Part shown: positions 56,501-64,000 of the stretch, piece after piece
Layout: each line of letters opens with the position of its first letter
Numbering within the stretch: position 1 is the first letter of the stretch
From: an uncultured Acidobacteriota bacterium
GTDB taxonomy: Bacteria > Acidobacteriota > Thermoanaerobaculia > Multivoradales > UBA5704
DNA: 64,000 bases
Assembly (NCBI GenBank): GCA_963770895.1
Contig: CAVYRF010000001.1
Location: 2,144,001-2,208,000 of the forward strand
Reading direction: 5' to 3'
Position numbers and translations under genes: made by a program
Notes under the pieces: generated by a model
Told to the model about the DNA's origin: nothing
Seen by the model: the letters and a program-made list of their open reading frames with translations, nothing else
The model's database searches: none

Positions 56501-59500
56501 CCTGCCGCTGACGCCGAACGGCAAAGTGGACCGTCGGGCGCTGCCGGAGCCGGCAGACCTGCGGCCGGACACCGGCAGGGGGGCCGCGGTGCCGCGCACG
56601 CCGGCCGAAGAGGTGGTGGCGGCGATCTGGTCGGACGTGTTGGGCCTGGGGTGGGTCGGAGTCGAGGAGAGCTTCTTCGAGTTGGGCGGGCACTCGCTGC
56701 TGGCGGTGCGGGTCATCGCGCGTCTCCGCGATGCGTTCGGCGTCGAGCTGCCGCTGCGCGAGCTGTTCGCAGCGCCGACGGTGGCACTCCTGGCCGCTCG
56801 GGTCGAAGAGCGCCGCAAGGGGGCTTCCCAGCCGGTTGCGCCGGCGCTGGCGCCGGTTGCTCGCGACCGGCCTCTGCCGCTGTCGTTCGCGCAGGAGCGG
56901 CTGTGGTTTCTCGATCAGCTGCAACCGGGCAGCGCGCAATACAACCTGCCGCTGGCGCTGCGCCTCCGCGGGCCGTTGCATCCCGCGGCCCTGGCCTGGA
57001 CGCTGGGCCAGGTGGAGCGTCGCCACGAGGCTTTGCGCACGGTCTTCGCGGTGGTCGAGGGGGCGCCGGTGCAGGTGATCCGGCCGGCTCGCGAGCCGTT
57101 CCCGCTGCCGGTCGTCGACCTGTCGGGGCTCGCGGCGGAGGTGCGGGAGGCGCACCTGGCCCGCATCGCGGCCGCGGACGCGATGCGGCCGTTCGACCTG
57201 GCGCAGGGTCCGCTATGGCGGGGGAGCCTGGTGCGGCTGGGCGAGCAGGACCACGGCGTGCTGTTGACGCAGCACCACATCGTCAGCGACGGCTGGTCGC
57301 ACTCGGTGCTGGTGCGCGAGGTGGTGGAGCTCTACGGGGCGGCGTTGGAAGATCGGCCGCCGCGCCTTGCCGATCTGCCGATCCAGTACGCGGACTACGC
57401 GAGCTGGCAGCGGGACTGGCATCAGGGCGAGGTGCTGGCGGCGGGCCTGTCGTACTGGCGCCAGCGGCTGGGCGGAGCGCCGCCGGTCCTGGATCTGCCG
57501 GGCGACCGTCGGCGTCCGGCGGTGCGGAGCTGGCAAGGTACGGTGCGGTCGGTGCGGCTGGGGGAGGGTTTGAGTCAGCAGCTCCACCAGGCGAGCCTGC
57601 GGCAGGGTGCGACCCCGTTCATGACCCTGCTGGCGGGTTGGATGGCGGCCTTGGCCCGCTGGTGCGGCCAGGACGACCTGAGCGTCGGCACGCCGGTCGC
57701 GGGTCGTCCGCGGATCGAGCTCGAAGGCCTGGTCGGCTTCTTCATCAACACCCTGGTGTCGCGGTTGGATCTGTCGGGGATCAAGACCTTCCGGGATCTG
57801 GTGGGCCAGGTGCGGGAGGCCTGGCTCTCGGCCTACGAGCACCAGGCGGTGCCGTTCGAGAAGCTGGTCGAGGAGCTGGCACCGCAGCGCAGCCTCTCCT
57901 ACACCCCGCTGTTTCAGGTGATGTTCGTGCTGCAGAACACGCCGCGCGAAGCGGCGCGGTTCGGCGGCCTGGCACTGTCGCCGCTGGGGTTGGCGGGGAC
58001 CAGCGCGAAAGTCGACCTGGCGCTCGCCCTGGAGGAGCAGGCAGGGGTCTTCGCGGGCGGAATGGAGTACAGCACGGAGCTCTTCGACACGGCGACGATC
58101 GCGCGCTTCGTGGGTCAGCTGACACGGCTTTTGGACGCAGCGGTCGCGGCGCCCGAGCGGGATCTGTGGTCGTTGCCTCTGCTGTCGGCTGCCGAAGAGC
58201 ACCAGCTGGCCGTCGAGTGGAGCGGCGCGTGGAGCCGGGCCGCCCCCGGTGCCTCGGTCGTCGAGCGGTTCGAAAGCTGGGCGGCAAAGACCCCGGACGC
58301 CTTGGCCGTGCTGGCGCCGGGAGAGGCTCTCTCCTACGCCCATCTCGACGCCCGGGCCAACCGGCTCGCCCGCCGGCTGCGCTCGCTGGGCGTGACCGTC
58401 GAGGATCTGGTCGGCCTGTGCGTCGAGCGCTCCCCGGCGATGATCGTCGCCGTGTTCGGCATCCTCAAGGCCGGGGCCGCCTACGTGCCGCTGGACCCGA
58501 CCTATCCGCGCCAGCGCCTCGCCTACATGGTCGAGGACGCACGGCTGCGGGTGCTCGTCACCGAGGAACGGCTGCGCGGCCGCCTGCCGGAGACCCCGGA
58601 GACGGCCGCCAGGCTCCTGCTCCTCGATTCGGAGGGTGCGGAGGGGCGCGGTCTCGATGGCGAGAGCGCGGAGCGGCTGCCCGCGACGGCGACGCCCGGG
58701 AGCCTGGCCTACGTGATCTACACCTCGGGCTCGACCGGCCGGCCGAAAGGGGTGATGATCCACCACCGCGGGTGGAGCAACCTGATCGAGGCCCTGCGGC
58801 ACCGGTTCGGCGTCGGTCCGGGAACCCGCGTGCCGCAGTTCGCCTCGCTCAGCTTCGACGTTTCGGCGTGGGAGATCGCCATGACGCTCAGCGCCGGAGC
58901 CACTCTGCTGCTCGGCCCTCGCGAGCGGCGTCTCTCGGCAGAGGATATGGCCCTGCTGCTACGGGAATGCGACGTGGCCGCCCTGCCGCCTGCCGTCCTC
59001 CCGATGCTGACTGCGGAAGAATTGCCCGAGCTTTCGACCGTGATCGTGGGGGGCGAGGCCTGCCCCTTGCACGTGGCGCGGACCTGGGCAGCCGGGCGGC
59101 GGCTCTTCAATGCCTACGGTCCCACCGAGGCCACGGTCAACGCCACGGTGGCACTCTATGACGGCGGGGATCGCCTGCCGATCGGCCGACCGTTCGACGG
59201 AGTAGAGGCCTGGGTGCTGGACGCGCGGGGGAACCCGGCTCCGATCGGAGCCGTGGGCGAGCTCTGCCTGGCCGGCGCCGGGTTGGCGCGGGGCTACCTG
59301 AACCGGCCCGAACGGACGGCGCGGAGCTTCGTGCCGCATCCCTTCCCCATGCTCCCCGGCGAGCGGCTCTACCGGACGGGCGATCTGGTCTTCCGGCGGC
59401 CGGAGGGCAGCCTGGAAATCCTCGGCCGGCTCGATCATCAGGTCAAGATCCGCGGTTTCCGCATCGAGCTCGGGGAGATCGAGGCGGTGCTGGCCAGGGT

Positions 59501-59720
59501 GCCAGGAGTGCGCGAGGCCGCGGTGGTGGCGCGCGAGAGCGGTGCGAGCGGCCTGCAGCTGGTCGCCTATGCGGTGAGCGACGTCACCGCCGACGCGCTG
59601 CGCCGCGCCCTGCGCGAGCGGCTGCCGGAGCACATGGTGCCGTCGTGGTTCGTGGCGCTCGACGCCCTGCCCCTGACGCCGAGCGGCAAGCTCGACCGCG
59701 ACGCGCTGCCGGCGCCTGCC
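43900..59720 (+). repeat. Multiply duplicated modules across NRPS4 and NRPS5
   Basis: About 43915-46815 matches 53650-56550 (Pro-like module). About 46860-50035, 50075-53210 and 56590-59715 (T-C-A aromatic) are three near-identical copies. Confidence 0.92.
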
Positions 59721-60843
59721 GCGGCGAGCGATCGGGCGACCGCCCCGCCGCGCGACGACCAGGAGCTGGCGCTCCTGGAGATCTGGGAAGAGCTTTTCGC
59801 CCTGCGGACGATCGGCGTCAAGGATGACTTCTTCGCCTTGGGCGGGCACTCGCTCCTGGCCGTGCGGCTGATGGCGAGGATCGAGCGCAAGCTCGGCATC
59901 CGCTTGCCCCTGGCCGCCCTCTTCCAGGCTCCCACGATCGAGTCTCTGGCGCTCCTGCTCAAGCTGCGGCAACCCCCGTCGGCGTCCTCGTCCCTGGTCC
60001 TCCTCCAGGAAGGCGGCAAGCGCCCGTTCTTCTGCGTCCACCCCGCTCACGGCCACGTGCTGTGCTATTTCGAGCTGTCGCGGCGGCTCCTGGACCGATC
60101 GTTCTACGGCTTTCAGCTCCCGGCCTCCGGAACGGCTCGCCACCGCTCCGGAGACACCCCAGTACGGATCGAGGAGCTCGCCGAGAGCTATCTGCAAGAG
60201 CTCCGGAGCGTCCAACCCGAAGGCCCCTACCTGCTCGGCGGCTGGTCGATGGGGGGAGTGGTGGCCTACGAAATGGCCAGGCAGCTGGAGCTTACGGGCG
60301 CTGACGTGGCCCTGCTGGCCCTGATCGACACCTGGCCCCCCGCCGGCGACCACGCCGCAGACGAGCTCGAACGATTCCCATCTCTTGCCGCCCTTCGCGC
60401 AAGAGCTCGGGGTGCCGATCGACCCCCTGCGGGAGCTCGCGGCGGACCTCGACTCCCTCCCCCTGGAGCAGAAGATGGCAGCCTTCCGGGAAGCGGCGGT
60501 CGAGTCCGGAGCCCTGCCGCCCGACATGACCCTCTCCCTGCTCACCTCGCTCTTCGCGGCGTTCACGACGAACGTGCGAGCAGTGCGGCGCTACTCCCCC
60601 GCGGGCTATGGCGGCCGCATCACTCTGCTCCGGGCGACCCGCTCGGCGGCCGCTCCTGGCCCGGATCCCGAAGAGCAGTGGCGGCGCCTCGCGGCTCGCG
60701 GGGTGGACCTCGCCTGGATTTCCGGGGACCACGCCAGCATCCTCCACGAACCCGACGTCGCCGCCCTCGCCGAGCGCCTGGACGAGCGTCTCGCACAGGC
60801 CGAACCACTCACCGGATCGATTCCCGCGGACCCCAAGAGATAG
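53568..60843 (+). CDS. NRPS5: C-A(Pro-like scaffold)-T-C-A(aromatic)-T-TE; TE interrupted by a +1 frameshift near 60336-60393
   Basis: ATGA overlap with the NRPS4 stop and a CAGGAG RBS. C HHIVWDAAS. A codes DAHITTHVVK and DVWAIGAVNK. TE N-half (FFCVHPAHG, GPYLLGGWSMGG, LALID) is in frame 0. TE C-half (FAQELG...RRYSPAGYGGRITLLRA...ISGDHASILHEPDV) is in the +1 frame (ORF 60385-60843). Confidence 0.9.
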
Positions 60844-60855
60844 GTCGAAAACCCG

Positions 60856-61653
60856 ATGGCCGAAACCGCCAGTCCGAGAGTCCTGGTATGGGCTCCCAGG
60901 GGCCGCCTCGTGGCGTGCGGCGCGGAAGAGGACCGGCTCGTCGCGGCCGACTCGTGGCTGGTCGCGGACGGCCGGGTGCGGGGCCTCGACCTGCACCGGG
61001 ATCGTTTCTTTCGCGCCTGCGAGGAGGGCTCCGGGACGCTCCGCGACGACCTCCGCGCATTCTGGCGGGCCGCGGTCGCGGAACTGCCGCGCCAGGGCCG
61101 CTGGTTCCCCCGCATCGAGCTCTCCGCCGGTGCGCCGGGGCGGCTGCGCTTGCGGATTCGGCACGCACCGCCGCGGAGCGACAGCCTGCGGGCCTGGATC
61201 TGGCGCGGCTCGGACGTGCGCACGGCGCCGCGGCAGAAGGGGCCCGACTTGCTGCGGCTGGCAGAGGTTCGCCGTCAGGCCCGGGCGGCAGGCGCCGACG
61301 AAGCGTTGTTGACCACCCGGTCCGGGGTGGTCCTGGAAGCGACGACGTGCAGCGTCCTGTGGTGGGAAGGCTCCTGCCTCTGCTCGCCCTCCCCGTCGCT
61401 GCGCATCATGCCCGGCGTCACCCGCCAGCTCATCGACGCAATCGCCGCGTCGAAAGGGGTGCCGGTGCTGCACAGGCGTTGCGGCGTGCGGCACTTCGAG
61501 GGACGGGAGGTCTGGCTGGTCAACGCATTGCACGGTATCCGCGCGGTATCGAGCTGGGTGCAGTCGCCGATTTCGCCGGGCTCTCCGCTGCGGCTGTCGC
61601 GATGGCAGCGCTGGCTGGAGGCAGGCGCGGCATCGCTGCCGGAGGCCGGCTGA
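60856..61653 (+). CDS. Class IV PLP aminotransferase, 4-amino-4-deoxychorismate lyase-like (PabC-like)
   Basis: 265 aa with LDLHRDRF, KGPDL (PLP lysine region), GADEALL, VLEATTCS, IMPGVTR, WLVNALHGI. Lies immediately upstream of PabAB. Confidence 0.82.
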   Translation: MAETASPRVLVWAPRGRLVACGAEEDRLVAADSWLVADGRVRGLDLHRDRFFRACEEGSGTLRDDLRAFWRAAVAELPRQGRWFPRIELSAGAPGRLRLRIRHAPPRSDSLRAWIWRGSDVRTAPRQKGPDLLRLAEVRRQARAAGADEALLTTRSGVVLEATTCSVLWWEGSCLCSPSPSLRIMPGVTRQLIDAIAASKGVPVLHRRCGVRHFEGREVWLVNALHGIRAVSSWVQSPISPGSPLRLSRWQRWLEAGAASLPEAG

Positions 61654-61655
61654 CC

Positions 61656-63821
61656 GTGCGCACGCTGATCGTCGACAACTACGATTCGTTCACATTCAAT
61701 CTGTTCCATCTGTTCGCCGAGGTCAACGGCGAAGAGCCGGTCGTCATCCGCAACGACGAGGACAACTTCACTCTCGACGATCTGCGGTGCTTCGACAACG
61801 TGGTTCTCTCTCCGGGGCCAGGCCGTCCGCAACGGCGGTCGGACTTCGGCATTTGCGCGGACGTCATCGCCGCGAGCACCCTGCCGCAGCTCGGCGTGTG
61901 CCTCGGACATCAAGGGCTCTGTTATTTCCATGGCGGTGAGGTAGGAGCGGCGCCGGAGGTGCGGCACGGTCGTCTGTCACCGGTCATCCACCGACAGGTC
62001 GATCTCTTCGCCGGCATCCCGTCGCCGTTCGCGGCCATCCGTTATCACTCCCTGACGGTCACCCGGCTGTCCGCCGATCTCGAGGCGATCGCCTGGACGC
62101 TCGATGGCGTGCTCATGGGAGTGCGCCATCGCCGCCTCCCCGCATGGGGCGTGCAGTTCCACCCCGAGTCGATCGCGACGGAGCATGGACGGCGGATCGC
62201 GCAGAACTTCGGCGACCTCACCCGCCTGTGGCACGAGCGCAATCCCCGCCGCCGCGGAGTCTTCGTGCCGCGGCGCGCCGGCCGCCCGCTCGACCTGCCG
62301 CAACCCGGCGCCACGCAGGCGCCGCGGCTTCGCATCCTGGTGCGCCGCTTCAAGAGCGACCTCGCGGCGGACCATGTGTACGCATCTCTGTACCGGGCAT
62401 CCGACGCCGCGTTTTGGCTCGACAGCAGCATGCAAGAGCCCACGCTGGGCCGGTTTTCTTTCATGGGGGATGCCGGCGGACCGCTGGCGCGGGTCGTCGA
62501 GGCGGATGTCTGGGAGGGAACGATCACCGTCGAGTCCCGAGGCGGCGCGAAAGTCAAAGAGGTCGCCAAAGGATCCTTCTTCGACTGGCTCGATGCCGAT
62601 CTCGCCGCGCGGCAGGTCGACGTTCCGGAGCTGCCATTCGATTTTGCGCTAGGTTGGGTGGGATATCTCGGTTATGAGCTCAAGGCCGAAACCGGCGGCC
62701 AACGTGCCTGGCGTTCCGAGAACCCGGACGCCGCGATGATCTTTGCAGATCGGGCCGTCGCCTTCGATCATCAGGAACGAGAGATCTATCTCCTGGCGCT
62801 CGCCGACGTCGAGGACCAGGCGCCGGCCGGCAGCTGGCTCGACGACACCGAACGCCGGCTGACCGCTCTCGGCGCCGCCGGCGCCGTCGGCGCGGTCGGC
62901 GACCTGGCGAGTGCGCAGCCCCCGGCCGTGCAGCCGGCGCGCGATCTGGAGCTGCGCCACGACCGTGCCGCGTATCTGCGGCGGATCGAGGCGTGCCGCG
63001 AGGCCATCGCGGATGGGGAGAGCTACGAGGTCTGCCTGACCAACAGGCTGACGGTCGAGGGTTCCCTGCCACCCTGGGAGGCCTACCGAACCCTTCGCCG
63101 CCTGAACCCCGCGCCCTTCGGGGCACTGCTGCGATTCGACGGGCTCGCGGTGCTCAGCAACTCGCCGGAGAGATTCCTGCGCGTGTCGCGCGACCGCCTC
63201 GTCGAATCGCGGCCGATCAAGGGAACCCGCCGCCGCTCGCGATCCCCGCGGGAGGACCGCCAGCTGCGGGACGATCTCGGGAGCAGTGAAAAGGACCGCG
63301 CCGAAAATCTGATGATCGTCGACCTCGTGCGCAACGACCTGGGCATCTGCGCCGAAACGGGGTCGGTGCACGTGCCCAAGCTGTTCGCCATCGAAACCTA
63401 CGCCTCGGCGCATCAGTTGGTCAGCACCGTTCGCGCCACCCTGCGCCGGGACTGTTCCGTAGTGCGCTGCGTCAGCGCCGCGTTCCCTGGCGGCTCGATG
63501 GTCGGCGCCCCAAAGATCCGCACGATGAAGATCATCGACGGCCTGGAGGGCGGCCCCCGCGGCGTCTACGCCGGAGCGCTCGGTTACTTCTCCCTGGCGG
63601 GCAGCGCCGATCTCAGCATCGCCATCCGCACCCTGGTGGTGGATCCCGACCGCGCCACCTACGGCGTCGGCGGTGCCATCGTCGCCCAATCCGACCCCGC
63701 CGACGAATACGAGGAAACCGCCGTCAAGGCAGCGGCAGTTCTAAGGCTCTTCGGCGCAACCTTCCCGGACTGCAACCCGGTGATCGGCCAAGGTATCGGT
63801 ATCGCCGCGCCGCCGCGGTGA
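61656..63821 (+). CDS. pabAB: Fused aminodeoxychorismate synthase (glutamine amidotransferase plus chorismate-binding domain)
   Basis: GGAGG RBS (61641-61645) then GTG 61656. RTLIVDNYDSFTFNL, SPGPG, LGVCLGHQ, RYHSL, GVQFHPES, GWVGYLGYELK, GESYEVCLT, SPERFL, RPIKGT, KDRAENLMIVDLVRNDL, FPGGSMVGAPKIRTM. 721 aa. Confidence 0.93.
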   Translation: MRTLIVDNYDSFTFNLFHLFAEVNGEEPVVIRNDEDNFTLDDLRCFDNVVLSPGPGRPQRRSDFGICADVIAASTLPQLGVCLGHQGLCYFHGGEVGAAPEVRHGRLSPVIHRQVDLFAGIPSPFAAIRYHSLTVTRLSADLEAIAWTLDGVLMGVRHRRLPAWGVQFHPESIATEHGRRIAQNFGDLTRLWHERNPRRRGVFVPRRAGRPLDLPQPGATQAPRLRILVRRFKSDLAADHVYASLYRASDAAFWLDSSMQEPTLGRFSFMGDAGGPLARVVEADVWEGTITVESRGGAKVKEVAKGSFFDWLDADLAARQVDVPELPFDFALGWVGYLGYELKAETGGQRAWRSENPDAAMIFADRAVAFDHQEREIYLLALADVEDQAPAGSWLDDTERRLTALGAAGAVGAVGDLASAQPPAVQPARDLELRHDRAAYLRRIEACREAIADGESYEVCLTNRLTVEGSLPPWEAYRTLRRLNPAPFGALLRFDGLAVLSNSPERFLRVSRDRLVESRPIKGTRRRSRSPREDRQLRDDLGSSEKDRAENLMIVDLVRNDLGICAETGSVHVPKLFAIETYASAHQLVSTVRATLRRDCSVVRCVSAAFPGGSMVGAPKIRTMKIIDGLEGGPRGVYAGALGYFSLAGSADLSIAIRTLVVDPDRATYGVGGAIVAQSDPADEYEETAVKAAAVLRLFGATFPDCNPVIGQGIGIAAPPR

Positions 63822-63972
63822 AGACCGAGCTACCTTTGGCGTGAGATGATCGCCGAGAGCGAAAGGTTGACCGCCAGCTGAGCTGGATGGAAGCTCGCCA
63901 CCCCAATCCCATCCAGACTTTTACCTGGCCCGATGGCAGGTGACTGGCCGCCCAGCTGGCCGAGGAGCGAGC

Positions 63973-64000
63973 ATGAATCCCCCGAGCGTTGCCCACAGGC
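63973..64000 (+). CDS. Possible start of the next gene (MNPPSVAHR...), truncated by the window edge
   Basis: GAGGAG at 63962-63967 followed by ATG at 63973. Only 9 codons are visible. Confidence 0.3.

Noticed and set aside
53139-63821. 3560-aa ORF appearing to fuse an NRPS to PabAB
   Set aside because: It results from the TE frameshift. The segment about 60340-61655 is out-of-frame text overlapping the real TE C-half and the pabC-like gene, and pabAB has its own RBS and GTG.

Overview
A very GC-rich 64 kb window filled almost entirely by a large non-ribosomal peptide synthetase (NRPS) locus. An ADOP-type permease suggests Acidobacteriota (inference). It holds six NRPS genes: one running off the left edge (NRPS0, -), NRPS1 (4199-13960, +), NRPS2 (13962-26657, +), NRPS3 (28513-43602, -), NRPS4 (43831-53571, +) and NRPS5 (53568-60843, +, thioesterase split by a +1 frameshift). 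NRPS1-5 carry 15 complete A-T modules. Accessory genes are an ADOP/MacB-type permease, a nucleoside phosphorylase, an aldo/keto reductase, an ADC-lyase-like class IV aminotransferase and a fused PabAB (PABA/ADC supply). Domain logic points to a non-colinear lipopeptide line, NRPS3 (ACP-C starter ... E-COM) > NRPS1 (DCL start) > NRPS2, possibly continuing to NRPS4 > NRPS5-TE. The most unusual signals are: a 42-bp palindromic element inserted in frame at the same site of three C domains; a DUF1800-like fragment inside an A domain; cleanly deleted vestigial FAAL, A and C domains; repeated 9-bp microduplications; duplicated A domains that differ at binding-pocket residues; and several unassignable specificity codes. 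All specificity codes were read by eye against GrsA numbering. No rRNA, tRNA, CRISPR array or transposase was recognised.
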